From assembly GCA_030704615.1 (NCBI GenBank), contig CM060733.1, positions 68,882,001 through 68,946,000 on the forward strand: a stretch of 64,000 nucleotides of DNA. Direction: 5' to 3'. Position 1 is the first letter of the stretch. Each line of letters begins with the position of its first letter. Positions 33,119 through 47,164 of this stretch are shown here, one piece after another. The DNA comes from Takakia lepidozioides. Taxonomy: Eukaryota > Plantae > Bryophyta. A program made the position numbers and the translations under genes. Under the pieces are notes generated by a model that was not told the origin of the DNA, searched no databases, and saw nothing but the letters and a program-made list of their open reading frames with translations.

Positions 33119-34424
33119 GAGGTTTTGCTATTTCATGAGCGCATGAGCCCATGAGCCTATGAGCCTATGAGCTCATGAGCGGGCATCCGCGGAATTGGAA
33201 TTTTCTTGCCTTTATTGACGGTGTTATGTCCTCTTACCTCGGTAATAGGGTCTGTTTCTCCTGGTCCAGGATGCGGAATGAGGAATTTCGGCGCCGTTAT
33301 TCCCAAGAGCAGTGTGCTAAAATGGTGTTTTGAAGACATCCACCGGGGTATTTCGGCACCGAAATTACCTCTTAAAATGTGATATAGTGCGGTATTTAAA
33401 GGCGCAGAACGGGCAATTTCGGCGCCGAAATACCCAAGTGGAATGTGGTGAAGTGCCTTGTGCTGAAGGCTTCCATCGCAATATTTTGGTGCAGTAATTC
33501 ATCCGTGGAATTTTTGAGGCCCATATAACGAAGGCGCAAACTGGGCTATTTCGGCGCCAAATTTCCCAATAGGAATGTTAGAAACGGCAGGGTTTTCATG
33601 GCTTCAAGTTCCCGGCTCGATGGTGTGCATAAATTACTTGTAGGGTTCTTCACTGAAGTTTGCGTCTCTTCTGCTTTTATTATAGATTTTGGTTGGCGGA
33701 AGAAATGTAGGGAATGGACAAGCAGTCTGAACACAATGATTTTTCAAATCGTCAATATTTTCATTAAGTGTTTCAGAACTGTACAACAAAAGGATCCAAA
33801 TGAGACTTTGCTATGGTGAGGATCCGCTATCACTGTCCGATGCATCCCCGCCCTCATGCAAGGATGGCTGCCTTCCACCTGCCTCCGAACCTGCACTGCC
33901 GCTACCGCTGTTACTCTGAGAAGCCCTCCCCTCAAAAATACCATCCTCACCAGCCGGAACTGTCCACCTGGGTGCGGAAGTGTCCTCAACATTCCCCTCG
34001 CTCTCGGACGCGGATTCTATTACGAACTTCCCTACTCTGCCTTTCACAATTCTATGTTTGGCCTCACGCCTCATTATAATTCTCTGCTCATTCCCGTATG
34101 TCAATTGCTCTAACCGAGTAGGCCTATCCTCCCTCCTGATGGCTTCTTTGGCAGCCGTGTCTGCATAGGCTGGTAGAAAAAAGGGCTTCTGGGGACTCGC
34201 GAGAAACGATTTTCTGGCAAAGAATGGCCGATGCGATTCTGTCTCCTCCTCTGCAACAGGGTCCGATTCAGGCAAGTCTCCCAGCTTCTCCTCGTCGGAC
34301 GACTCTGCAAGGCTGAGTGTACGCACAAACATAGAATGAAGTACATTAGAGAATTCAAACAGGGAATCATCGGCAGGTTGCATGGTCCCTACAACCGAAA
34401 CCAATACACTTACTATGGTGCAAC

Positions 34425-37400
34425 TCACTCGAAGACAGGCATTGGGGGAAGCGGCTTCGGGCGCCCCTGCATCGAACGAATTTCCCGGACTTCCTCCTCT
34501 TCATCTTCCTCCTCTCCTTCCACGTCCTCTTCTGCGTTTTTGGGATCCTCAGTCGGAGGCAGACGCTGAAGGCCCGCCAAATTGTAATCGTACAAGGCCG
34601 TATCCCCCTCAAATGAGAACACAAATCGGTTCGACATCCTTCCCGCCCACATACAGGCACCTGCGAATTCATACGACACAACCACAGCCAAACTCAAGAA
34701 TGAGTCGCTTCCTCGCACAAGCAAACATACAGAAACGGAAATGGTGTCAATTTCGGTGCCGCATTCAATTAACGTTCTCACCTGTATTTGCAGTGACGTC
34801 AAGGACCCTGCCTTCAACATCCGTACACGTTTCCATGAGCGTCTGGATGAATGCAGGACTCCTGGTCCTGCCATACCTCCATGGCTTGCCCGACAAATCA
34901 CAAAGAATGTCCTTCTCTCCCACATGGTTGAACAGGACGTTATACTCCAGTGGATCAACTGTGGAATCAACAAGTCTTCCTGCTTCACGTAATTTGAATT
35001 TCGAATGTTCCTTCACGAAGCAAAATGCCTGAAAGATAAGAGTCTGCAGAGAAGGAAATGAAAACGTCAGAGGTGGCCTACACGTACAGGGGCAATTTCG
35101 GCGCAGAAATTGACATAGCAGAGGAGAACCACAGCATACCTTCTGGCCATCGTTGAGAAGACCCTGCGTGTTGATGCAAGTCCAGATCTTTTTCAGGATG
35201 GGTGCTGCACTTCTCCCCGTCCATACTTTGATATCATTCTCAGTGACTTCTCCATCGGCTGCTAGCACAACAACACAGCCAACGTCGTCCAACATGTTGG
35301 CTGCGAACCCGAATGTGTGGCTCCAGTATCTTTCGTCGTACTTGTTCCACCAGGGAACTGAGCCCAGCCCCAGTATCTCCTGCCCATCCGGGATATCCAC
35401 AAGGATCATGTCGATGGAGGCTTTCACCGCCCTGCCCCCGACTGTGCTCTTTTTGCCGTGGCTCATCGCCACAAAATACTCCATCATCTTTGTGTAGCCA
35501 GGAGTGTCCTCCATATCATTGCCAGTGGCCTTCCTCTTCCCCTTCCCCTGGTGGGCCTCGATCGCCTTCCTCAATCTCGTTATCTCCAGCCTTCTGGTCA
35601 GAGCAGTTAGGAAATTTTCATTAACACACTCCACAATTGTGGGTGTTTTGAGGACTTCCCTGCCCGCAATGTGCACCGCACGGTAGGGTCTGCCAGGTGC
35701 ATCCTCGTATAGTGATCTCTTCGCAGCCGACCCCCCGGAGCGCTGGCCCTTGTGAATTTTCGGACGAGGTGTGGCCCCCGGGTGTTTTCCTGCTGGAAAT
35801 CGTCGTCGGAATCCTCCTCATCTGGCTGACTGTGTTGCTGCTTCTTCTTCTTGGGTGTGGGGGTCTTCGTCTCTTGCCCCTGTTTGCGCGTTCTTTTCTT
35901 CCTGTCCTTGGGCTGCTCAGCTGCCTGCTTCTCCATCTGCTCCTTCGCCAACGCTGCCGCCTTGGCTGACTTTCTCAGTGCTTTCTGCTTGGCTGCCTCC
36001 TCTGCTTTCAGTCTTTCCGCGTCCTCTGGTTGGGGATCCGATTGCGCCTTCATAGCCCTGGCATTCGCTTCCTTCTTCAAGTTAACCTCCGAGAGGTCAA
36101 CGGTCCCACTTGGGAGATCCACATACCAGGGGCAGTCTACCAAATGCTCGGCATGCCACTCCTTCGCCATTACTTCTGTGTACATCGTTCCACGACCTCC
36201 AGGTGTCCTCCACGCCAGGAAGAATGGTGGAACCCTTTGAATGGCTCCGGACGGAATGAGTGCAAAGTTTATGTACCTGCAATCACGAGGCAGTTCAACA
36301 AAAATCATTCTACCGATGCATCATGCAAGTGGAAGTTGTCAATGCACAAGGTATTTCGGCACCGAAATACGGAGTGGACCGTGCCCCAATTACCCAGAAC
36401 TCACATCTTGCAGAGGTATATTTCGGCGCCGCAATATCCATCGCTGCTTAACCAAATCATCTAAACTGCAAATAGGGGGATGCATTGTCAGCAGATTACC
36501 TGAACAGGACACGCATTGCCGCTTTGTCGGCACCCTCCTGCTCTTCGATGTATACGCTGCGTCTTGCCTTTGCAATTTCTCTGAAAAAGAGGTTTGCGAA
36601 GCGCCCTCGCCACGACTGCACGTAGTTCTCCATTGTCTCAGGCTTCGTCCAGTCGATCTGTAACTTGAAAGTGGTGGTGTTGCAGTCCAATTGCTCCTGG
36701 GCGTGGGTCAGTACCTGCATCATGGCAGGTTTCCAAAACATTCATGATTTTGAAATTGCGACGATGTCCAACACAGAATAGGAGAAAATTATACCTGATG
36801 CCACCAAGTCATGACATTGAGCCAGTCGTTCATTTTGTCGTCTGTTGGCTCGATGGGAAAGTGGTACAGCAGCTTCGTGTTTGTATGGCCGTTCCAGATT
36901 CGCAGCCACCTCGTCTGCAGCCACCTCACATCGGTCAGACAAGAACTCCAACATAAGAATCGCGAGAAGTCACAAAACAAGAATAAACACATGCTTACCT
37001 TCTCCGCCGGCTCAACACAGGACACTGCGATGTGATGAAGTTTCTCCATGGACATTTCCGGTTTCATGGGTCTGGAGTAATGCAGTCCTATCTCCGCCAG
37101 GAACTCGGCACCAAGACCAGGGTCAGCGATTGCAACTTGCTTAACAAGTTTGGACCTGTACTTGGTCCGGGATTGCTTCCCTGCCTGCACAATATGACTC
37201 TCTATCGACGCGTCCGCCTTGTTGGGGGCATCATTCTCAAAGAACTGCCTTTTGGCATAGGCCAAGTCATCCCTGATGTTCGTCTGCATTCCCATACCCA
37301 GCAGATACAGTCAGGCCACGGATCCCTGCAACAAATAACATTAAATTGATACTGAAATTTGAGATGAACCTCACCGAATAGAGGATCTCCACCATGGCGT

Positions 37401-38721
37401 CCAGTGTTGGTCGGTACCAGGTGCGATCTGCTTTCGCTAGGGACTTCCTGTACAGCTCGGGATCGAGGGACTTTTGGAAGTCCGTCAGCGGAGCTGTCCC
37501 CACTTCTTGCACTCTGTAGAGCGTATGTGCCAGATGAGTTTCCACGAAGGCCCTCTCTGTTACCCTGCCATGGAGAAAAAAAACAACATGAAAATATGAT
37601 TTCGGCACAGCAATCCAATTTCCAGTTCATAGAGTGCATGACAGTGGTGAACATTGCCTATTTCGGCGCCGCAATAGGCAGTACACAAGGATGTAATTGT
37701 ATACTTACAGATTTATATCCGCCATGGCACCCTTCAACAGTCCTCTGTCCCTGACGTCCACCTTCACGACAATGCAGTCCACCATGTAATGCCAACTGAT
37801 ATCTTGCGGATGCATTTCAGCAATGTACTCTGTCCAGGCAAGCATCCTGTGGTTCCCGTCCCAAACGAAGAACATCTTCCCTTCCATGTGTGCGAATGTG
37901 GGATTAGTCTTCAGATAGGCTTCAAACTCGGCATTAACAGTGTGCCAGTGGGGGCCCCAATTCTGAAGCTCCTCTGCAGTGGGGCCCCTTGTGACACCCT
38001 GGTCATTCTCAATGGAAACGTAGAATGCTGCCGACCCCCGTCTGTACCCTTCTCTGAAGTTGTGCTTCAGTCGATCGATATCCCCTGGCAGTGCTTGCCT
38101 TACAACTGGAAGGCTTACCATGCGACACAAAGGAACTTTGAGGTTCTCCGGATACACCATGGAGCCCAAAACGCGGCCTATGTTGCTATGAGTCTCTGCC
38201 AGCAACCTGTTTGCTGCTATGTTCATGTCTCGTGCGCTCATGAGCATACCCGCCACCAGTTTCTTACTTGTATCACCTCTGTCACTTCCCTCACCCCTCT
38301 CACCAGCCTGTGTACTGTCCTGGAGGTTTTGCTCCTCCGCAAGCTCCAGCAGGTTCTGATCGTCGCCAAGTCGTACCACGTTATCGTCCTCTCCTTCTGT
38401 CAGTTGAATGGGCCGCCCTTCTGCAGATCCGACTCCCACATCTCCAGCGGCCTCCACCGCATCTGTGTTTTCTGAAATTGACTGCAAACCCAATATCTCC
38501 GCTTCCAGTCTCCCTAGGGGTTTTACTGGCGAAGCCATGGGCTCCTTCTGCTTTCTCGGCTTCCGAACTCTAGGTGGGCTTTTCGGAGGCGATATCTGAG
38601 GTGTTGAATGAGGACTCGTCTGCCTCGATGCACTTCCACCTTGTGAGCGCAGCACCCGGGCAGGAGTATCCAAAGTTGACTGTGTTGCCTCGCCCCCCTG
38701 CGATCCCTCCCCAGCTCCCAT
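34425..38721 (-). CDS. ParB/Srx plus DNA amino-methyltransferase-like fusion gene, copy 2 (1-bp frameshift at ~35780)
   Basis: Exon 1 is fully open here (ORF 37705-38754 includes DGNHR at 37846-37860); exon 6 is split into ORFs 35607-36308 and 34765-35676 by a 1-bp deletion relative to copy 1. Confidence 0.8.
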
Positions 38722-39227
38722 GTCAAACAAACAGGAAAACATGAGACACTGCACGCCAAAAAAAAGGTGTAAAAGGAATATTGCGTATGGAGTGCTTCAC
38801 ATCCGCGAAGCACGAATCTCTCACTGGTGGGCGATCCGAGTCTCCGGATAACGAGGTCTGCATTTCATGCATGAGACGGAGCTTAAGTCGTGTCGTCGGC
38901 GGCTTCCCAAAATCCCGCGTCCTCCTCTTTGCCGGAGTCGCCTGACCTTCCACAAACTCTATGCTACCACTATGCCGCATAAGGAGAGGAAACGCAGGAG
39001 AACGTCACTGCAGAAGGGCAAGGAGCGAGAGAGCGAAGCGGTGGAACATGCAACCACTATGCACGAGCAGATGCGTAAGCAGCCACGTCTCCCGAAGCGT
39101 TGCCACCGTCCAACACTTTTTGCCGTATGGGTGATGAAGAGATTGTGACCCCTGACATGTTCGCACGGATGAAGTCGACTGGAACACGACGCGTGCCAGT
39201 TCCAGCCACCAGTACAAGACGGTTTAT

Positions 39228-40980
39228 CCGAATTGCGGCACCGAAATACCTTCCGTACACCGGATGCTGTTCCCGGAGCAGCCGGCATTGAATGAAATAT
39301 CCGCACATCATGAAACCCAACCGCCAAGAAAATCCCCTGCCTATGACATTCAACAGTCAGGTCGGTACGTTTCAACAGCGGACGGATGAATTTCGGCGCC
39401 GAAATTCATCCTATTCAAGTGCTTTCATACGCAAACTTACGAATTTCGGCGCCGCAATTCATCGCTTCCGAAGTCCTCATCCGTCATGAGCAAACCTGTC
39501 AGTGGGATATCGGAGCCGGAATTAATTCCGGGACAGTGAAAACGGTTGCACTTGGGCACATTTCATCCATATTTCGGCGCCGAAATTCATTACGAATATC
39601 TCCGTCCGCGCGTAGACGAGGTGAAATCATCATTATTTCGGCGCCGAAATTCATCCAGAGCGAAGACTAAATTGGCACCATGCTACGCTTTGCCGCCATC
39701 ATTGCCCCTGACGGATGCTGTCCATGCCTGTTGGACTTGCCATTTGTGGACATTTAACTATAATTTCGGCGCCGAAATTATACTTTATGTGCGGCAACGT
39801 CCCGTGCGAAAAAGACCACTTAATGGATACTGTCGGTTTCAAATGAAAAAAAACGGCTAAAATGCAATTAATTTTGACAGAAGTGGTTTAATATGCCGAT
39901 TTCTCCATTAAATGCAGAATATTCCTGTTATATTCGTCGGAACGGGGTATTTCCAACGATTTACGGAAAATTATCATCCAAAAGCAAAAAGTAAGTGCCG
40001 GGTTTGGACGAATTTCGGCGCCGAAATTCATCCGTCGCATAGAAAATGTAATATTAGAGTTACTCATTGCGGACAGTAAGGATGAATTTCGGCGCCGAAA
40101 TTGATCCATTTCAAAGAAAAATAAATATTGGAGGGAGGGCATTGGATGAATTTCGGCGCCGAAATCCGGCGCTCAAACCCTGAAAAGAATTTGGAGGGAT
40201 GAAGTCGGCTGAATTTCGGCGCCGAAATTCATTGCTCGCGAAGAAAAAATAAATTTCGGGAGGACTTGGGATGAATTTCGGCGCCGAAATTCATTGCTTG
40301 CGAAGGAAAATAAAAAAATTCGGGAGGACTTCGGATGAATTTCGGCGCCGAAATTCATTGCTCGCGAAGGAAAATAAAAAATTTCGGGAGGACTTGGAAT
40401 GAATTTCGGCGCCGAAATTCAATGCTCGCGAAGAAAAAAAAAATCGGGAGGATTTCGGTTGAATTTCGGCGCCGAAATTCATTGCTCGCGAAGAAAAGGG
40501 AAAATTAAAAGGGAGTACTTGGATGAGATTCGGCGCCAAAGTTCATCTGTCGCAAAGAAAATTAAAAACAGAAAGGACTTCCGATGAATTCTGGCACCGA
40601 AATCCATCCGCAGGGCAGCAGAATTAGGGTCGGAAAAGGAGATGAAGAATGAATTTCGGCGCCGAAATACATCCATTCTGCCGATTCAGGATTACTGTCA
40701 TTCGGAAGTCGGCACCGATATCCGGACACGTGGTGAATCACGACTGTAATCAGGAACACATTCATCCGTATTTTGGCATCTAAATTCAACCCATATGTGC
40801 AGATACAATTTAATGAAGAAGAAGTTCATCCGAATTTCGGCACCGAAATCCATCCGTTGGGTGCTTGGTCAGTTTAATGAGGTAAACAAATTACGATTTC
40901 TGTTGCCAGAATTCATCCCTGGCTTCCAAAGCTGTTACATGACAGAGATGTTCATCCAGATTTCGGTGCCGAAATTCATG
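39228..40980. repeat. Palindrome array GAATTTCGGCGCCGAAATTC, copy 2
   Basis: Same motif and spacing as copy 1; lacks the 192-bp duplication but has one extra ~63-bp unit around 40250-40480. Confidence 0.95.
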
Positions 40981-41227
40981 GGAAGGCCTGATTTATTGTA
41001 CCCCAAGTGGTTGTACATTACAATTCAGGCACCAAATATCCGATGTGAACTTGCTGTTTTCGTCCGTTTTTTTAACGTACGTTACACACCTTCATCTTTA
41101 CGTGCACTGATCACCCATCCTGTTGGATACGGAATCCTCCAGAAAATCATTTGTGTTATTAGGTAGGACACACTCTTCTCATTGCAGGACTTCGCTGCGG
41201 AGCGTACCGAGAGGTCCCGTCTTCAAA

Positions 41228-44200
41228 ATGGACTCCCGTGTTTGGGTCAACGTGTACTTCCATCCTGATTCTCTGAAAGCTAAAATACCCTGCGACCAAG
41301 GATTTGCGATTGTCACTGAGCAGTACTTGTGTGTGAAGTTCGGGCTCCGCCCTGGAACGGTGTTTTTGGAAGAGGAGACGAAGGATTATGGAAATTTTCT
41401 GGAAAGTGCCGTCATTCTGCATGCAGATTTCGGAAAAGGCAAAGAGTGGCGGCTCCCAGCTTCTGAATCCATCCGGTACAGTGCCATTGGTGAAATCGTG
41501 CCTAAAGAGTTCCCACGCTGGAACTTGGTTGATCCTCCTTCCACAAGAGGGTCTGGCGTGCAAGATGTGAAGGATGTGGGCACCTCTTCACAAGCAGAGA
41601 AGCCCAAACATGTGAAAAGGGAAATCCAGGAAAACAGGGAAACAGTCGTCCACGACTTATCCAGTGACGATGAAGACTGTATGGTCCTTCCATCGTATGT
41701 TTCGAAGTCGTCCGTCACTAGGAGTGTTCAGCATACACCGTCCGACTCAACTTCCGTCCGCTCAGTAATCGACATATTGCGGAGGATGAAGACAACGGGT
41801 TCCCGCTCCAGTGACCTTCTTAGGCTTGATTACGACAAAACTCCAATCCATTCTGTGGAAACTTTGCCTGATGTTGTGGATGGGAATGCTATCTACGAGT
41901 TCCCTCCAGTGCCGGCAGGCGCAGGCCCAGACGGCATGCTCGCAGGAATGAACAGGAAACATGACGGCCACCCTTGGTGTGTCACCAAAACTTCATCGTC
42001 CAACCTGGGTGATGGAGTTCGAGTGAGATATGTATTGTGTGCTGGGCATCTTAAATGTTTCTCGAGCACATGTTACCATTACACTAGCAAAGGCACCAGG
42101 AATGAGACTGACTGGATTGGCAATTCGTCGACCCCATTTTGGCCTCAAGGTAGAGTTCCTGCAGGGACGTTCAAGTGTGCCCATTGCAACGCAGCCCCTA
42201 CGTGCATGGCAGTGTGCAACGCCAAGCAGTACTACGTCGGGACCGTCGGCCCAGCGTGCACCAGAGCATGCATTCACATCGGAAAGCATGAGCACCCCCT
42301 CGCCAGAGGCAATTGCAGAGTCGCTTTTCAACAAGCCCAGGATATTATCAAGGAGGAGGTGAGGTTGAGGCCGGGTGCAAAACCAAAGCAGATACAGCTC
42401 GCATCGGCACATAGGATTGCAATTGGCAGAATAATGTCGGAGGACGGAAGCACAAGAGAGAAGCTGGGCGAGGGGGACATGAAGGACCTGCTGGAAGCTG
42501 TCTCCCATGTGTGCAGCCCCAATGTCAGGAACCACATTGTCAGCTGCAAGAAACGAATCGGAAGAGGATCAGACATGCACTCCATCTTGGAAGTGAAGCG
42601 CACATGCGGCTACGACTTCATCCAAGGCAGCTTCTTTCCTGGTCAAGGCTCGGAGACGGACATGTGTGCGGACCGGGGAGCGGCGTCGATTTGGTGAAGC
42701 GGATGACCAGTGGAGACCTTTCAAATTGTTGGGTCATGTTCGACCACATCCGGCGAATTACCAACCACGATTGGGTGACAATGGGGGCACATGTATACGA
42801 CCCACATTGCAGAAAGTTGATGACCATTGCTATCTGCGAAATGAAGGGAGAAGACACAGATTCGGAGTTGCATATGTGGCGCGGAATTAATGAGCAAATG
42901 GCGAGAGCCAAGTTGCCCCCTCCCGATTTTAGGGGCTTCATGGCTGACAATGCCCAGGCAAACTGGGCTGCAGTTAGGAGGGTATATGGGGACGACCCAA
43001 AGACTCCAATGGAAGGAAAGGAGAGATCTTGCGGGTTCCACTTCATGCAGAGTTTGACGCAAAACACGAAAAGGTTCGTGGCGTCACGCCACCGGCAGGA
43101 TCATATCAGTATGTGCCTAGCGTGGAAAAATGCGAATTCCATCGACGAGGCGGAGACCGAGTTTGCAACCATACGCGCCTGGTGGGTGTCTTCAGGGGCA
43201 GTGGATGTGAAAGATCAGCCAGAACTGCAAACGTGGCTTGCGTGGTGGCATTATAGATTCCGCCAGTTTGGAGACTACATGAGACAGGTAACACATTTCT
43301 GTACTTGACAATTGTTCTGTTTTGTGCTTGGACATTCTCCACAATCAGTGACATATCTAATTTCCTTCAACAGGACATGAGCTTGGAGGATGACACGGAT
43401 ATGCCGACGACGAACATGGCCGAATCGGTGCACTCTTCCTGGCGTGCTTCCTCTGCAGCACATCTCGTTGACATGTTGACAGCAACAACAGAAGATATTG
43501 TGAGGGCCATCATGCAACAATCTCATTACTACCAGTTTCTGGGAGGAAAGCAATGGGGTATCGGACCAGACAGGCAGGAGATGCTGATGAGGGCGGCGCA
43601 TCGTTCGACCGATCCCAAAAAATGGACTGCTGCATTGCGGGAAACAATAAGGTCAACGCCGTTACACAGTCGGGGGAACTGCCTGGAGGGCGATGTCCGC
43701 AGCCGGCCGGTGAAGAGAAGAATTGAGGACATGCCCGGAGGGGATGGGGATTCATGGAGATCAGATATGAACATCCGCACTCAACCTCGGGGCGCAACGA
43801 TGTTGCGTCCCACGCCTCCACGAAGCAGGACTCGTACCCCCTCTCCTGCAGCATCCATGGAATCGCTGCCAGACTCGGGACAACATGCCGAGGATGGGCA
43901 TGTTGCTCCTGTTTTCGTTACCCAATACAACATTCCAATCGTGGAGCGAGATGTGTCGGCCTCGCAGTGGAGAATTGCACGGACCCGTCCGACATTTCGT
44001 GGCAAATGTTGTGCTGTTCGTGTCGACACCAACCAGAGATGCAATGAGATGATTCGGAGGAGCCCGCAGGGCGGTGTGCCTGCCCCTTGCTTCACAGGGA
44101 GATTTGTGTGCGCAAAGTTTGTGGAGGCCACACTGAAGGAGTTTTGGTTCTGCAGGCACGACATCATGTCGTGTGTGTTCGGCAAGCCCAAGTATGGTGT

Positions 44201-44801
44201 ACAAGGCATGCCTGAACCACCGGCAGTCTGGCCTGTGGCAAGTGGTACAGATCTTACCCTGGAGGAGGCAGACGCTCTAGGAAGTGCAGGGTTTCGACTG
44301 GTGGAGAGGACAGACGTTCCACGAAATCCAATTCCCAATCGTCATCCTCCTCCCACGAGAAGCTCTTCGCCCCGCATACCGGTGGGTGACCCCGCAGCTT
44401 GGCCCACCCATCGGTGGGGGAAACTGAAAAGACGGCGGCCACCAACAAAGGCGAACGACACCAGGATGGCCAACGCTCTTGCAATGCCCTGCATAGTGCA
44501 AGGTTGCAGGGATGTTCCTCACCCCGGGATGGGGCGCATATTTCAGTTGTCAACAGCCGGGTCTGCTGCGCGCAGTGTCGTGTATGCAATCACGGTTTCA
44601 CAGTACCCAGCTTGCAACTGTGAGGACTTCCTTGTTATGGAATCGAAGAATGCAGCATACGTCCCCTGCAAACACCTTTATTACATTTTTATGAAGCGCA
44701 TGAGTTGCATATCCGCAGTGGACGTCTTCATCCATGCTCCAACACTGAGTTTCAACGAGCTGCACAAGGCCCTACGGCAGGATACTGGTCGGACTGCTTG
44801 A
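41228..44801 (+). pseudogene. MULE transposase, copy 2, frameshifted by a ~22-bp deletion at ~42662
   Basis: ORFs 41123-42697, 42511-43308 and 43305-44801; the residues around RCFIFKMS of copy 1 are missing; intron 43288-43373. Confidence 0.9.
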
Positions 44802-45483
44802 CATTCCACATTCGGGAAGGAGAAAGTGGCAATTATATTACATTCATCTTCTTGCACCCTATTTTTTTGTGAGGAATTATACACTTGGTGGTGCCGCATT
44901 GCCATGGCTACAGGTGAATTTTGGTGCCGCAATACATGAGAATGTGGTTTTTGGCCATGAATGGCATGCGCATGCTTTTTTTATTTTGGTTGTCTACAAA
45001 TGGATCCGAGTAAAGCATACATTGTGTGGAGATTAACGGGCATTGGGCCTATTTCAGCGCCATTTATGGTCTGTGTACTGCATAGTGTTTCCTTGTTACT
45101 GCTCTTCCTTCAATTTGTAGTGATTTCGCAGCCCATCCTGGCGTTTTCGTCCACCTTTATGAGAAGACTCCAATTTGCTACAAATACATTGTTACTGTTC
45201 TGCAAATGTGATGCCTTTACAAGATTGCTAGTTCTGTGTCCCAGTGGGAAGGGTCCTACTGCACATTCCAGCATTTGCATACTGCACCTTGTGCAAACAG
45301 CAATCCATACGACAAAGGACACGTCCCAGCATAATGGCAGTGAATTGCAAAAAACCTTAACAGAAGATTATCGAAGCATGTATATTCCCCATATGGCACA
45401 GAGAAGCTGCTTGATTTCTGAATGAAAATGTATGTGCCATGAGTGTCAGCGAGTTGAAACATGTCTACTCTAGCATGCAAGAC

Positions 45484-46035
45484 CTATGGTCCCCTCGCCC
45501 AAGAAGAAGGAACTCGAACTGGCCTCTCAAGGACCTCCTCAGTGACCGGGTGCCTATATTTGAACAAAATGTCAGTGGTTTCTGTCGCCCGGTTGAAACT
45601 AACGAGGATGTCGTGTTTATCGATAGCGCCCCCTTGGTAGAAGGACATTTTCACAGTGGGCCCTGTGTTCCCCTCCTCCTCATCCTCATAACTGAAGAGA
45701 ATGTCCCCACTTTCCGAGCCAGTCCGTCCACGCGTAAAGTTTTCACCTATGCACTCATCATACGTCCACTCGCAACAATTCCAGCGATACAGCAACGCTG
45801 TGCGTGATCTGTTCGGCTCCCACACATGCGGAAAGTCCAGGTCCATGATGCGTAGGAACCATCTGCTCCCTAGCCGGGGTCCAGGAGAATCGTGCAATCC
45901 TGCAAGAAACTCCATTGCTCTCAGCTGGACAAGTCGAGGATCGTCCCTGTAAACATCCAGGAAGACAATGATGTCGTCTGCTTTCGGGAAAATGACTCCC
46001 GTCTGGCGTCGATAGATGTGATTCGGGCACGACAT
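45484..46035 (-). CDS. Orphan 183-aa protein (ORF3), copy 2
   Basis: Intact counterpart of 17956-18507. Confidence 0.55.
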   Translation of the reverse strand: MSCPNHIYRRQTGVIFPKADDIIVFLDVYRDDPRLVQLRAMEFLAGLHDSPGPRLGSRWFLRIMDLDFPHVWEPNRSRTALLYRWNCCEWTYDECIGENFTRGRTGSESGDILFSYEDEEEGNTGPTVKMSFYQGGAIDKHDILVSFNRATETTDILFKYRHPVTEEVLERPVRVPSSWARGP

Positions 46036-46869
46036 GGCCTCACGACACAGCACGAACTCAAAGCAGGGAGGAGATGGGCACAACAGAGAAGACTGAAGAG
46101 CAAAATGAGAGCAAGGCCTCCCTCACCGTAAGGCGGGTATTTGCTCTCTGACGCCCAATTTCGGCGCCGTTATTACATGGAGTGCGGAAGCTTCAACCGA
46201 GAATTTTGTTTCCACAGGTCAATTTCGGCGCCGTTATTGGTTGCAATCCCCAGCCTTCAGCCGGGTATTTGGTTTCCGGACCCAATTTCGGCGCCGTTAT
46301 CGGCTGCACTCCGGTGGCTTGAGCCGAGTATTTGGTTTCCGGGGCCCATTTCGGCGCCGTTATCGCCTGCACTCCGGAGGATGCAGCCGGGTATTTGGTT
46401 GGCGGAGCCCAATTACTTTCACCGTTGTTGGCTTCACTCCCGAGCCTTCAGCCCGCTATTTCTTTTCCTGTGCCCAATTACGGCGTCGTTATACCCAACC
46501 ATCCTGCACTTCTGCAATAGTACTATCCACGGTTATAGGTCGCCATTGCGTTTTCGGAGTCTGCAAACCCGGATCCTAATTCCGCTTGCGTCTCTGCCTC
46601 TGGGATAATTTCGGTGCCGTTATTGCCCAGAATTCAGTTATTCTATGACCTGGCCTGGCGGTCCATGAGCCTGGGCTCCAAGTCATGAGCGTACACTGGT
46701 ACTCATGAGCGGAGTGCTTCCAGCATGAGCGCGGAAATCTTCGATTTTTGATTATTTTATAGTTTTTGGCCCGAAAAAAATCTGCCGAAATTCGAAGTGT
46801 GTTACTTTGCGGCTCATGGGTTAGCCATGCCCGCTCATGAGCTCATGAGCTCATGGAATAGCAACCCCC

Positions 46870-47164
46870 GTCGTTCATCCGCACACACCACATCCCTTTG
46901 GCAATATATAGGAGGCATGAACCAAAATACAGCCTCCGGAATCCAGGCGAAATCCATTTTGCCACTAACTTCTTTATGGTGGATTGGTTGGTGACGGACC
47001 TTCTTGACGAAGTACGTATCGCAGATGAGGCTGAAACTGCAATTGTGTCATCCCCAGAACATGGTCTTCAAAATGAAGTCGGGGTCGACTCTCCCCCTCC
47101 CCCCGTACACGCTGAAGCCACCGGCAGTGGCCGAATAGAGCTCATGGGTGATGAACTACCATGA
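46870..47164 (+). mobile_element. hAT transposase remnant, 3' continuation
   Basis: Resumes after the TSD as SFIRTHHIPLAIYRRHEPKYSLRNPGEIHFATNFFMV (cf. the hAT L.RP..TRFAT.F motif), then is internally deleted. Confidence 0.7.

Larger units (their letters stand above)
33119..46869 (+). mobile_element. Mutator-like (MULE) DNA transposon, copy 2, 13.75 kb, inverted relative to copy 1
   Basis: TSD GTCATTCATC (33109-33118) / GTCGTTCATC (46870-46879), 10 bp with one CpG transition; ends GAGGTTTTGCTATTTCATGAGC..CATGGAATAGCAACCCCC; collinear reverse complement of copy 1. Confidence 0.95.

Noticed and set aside
17107-46869. Assembly artefact or single inverted duplication
   Set aside because: The copies have different TSDs and targets, scattered substitutions and copy-specific indels (192-bp duplication, ~230-bp indel near 18845/44915-45150).
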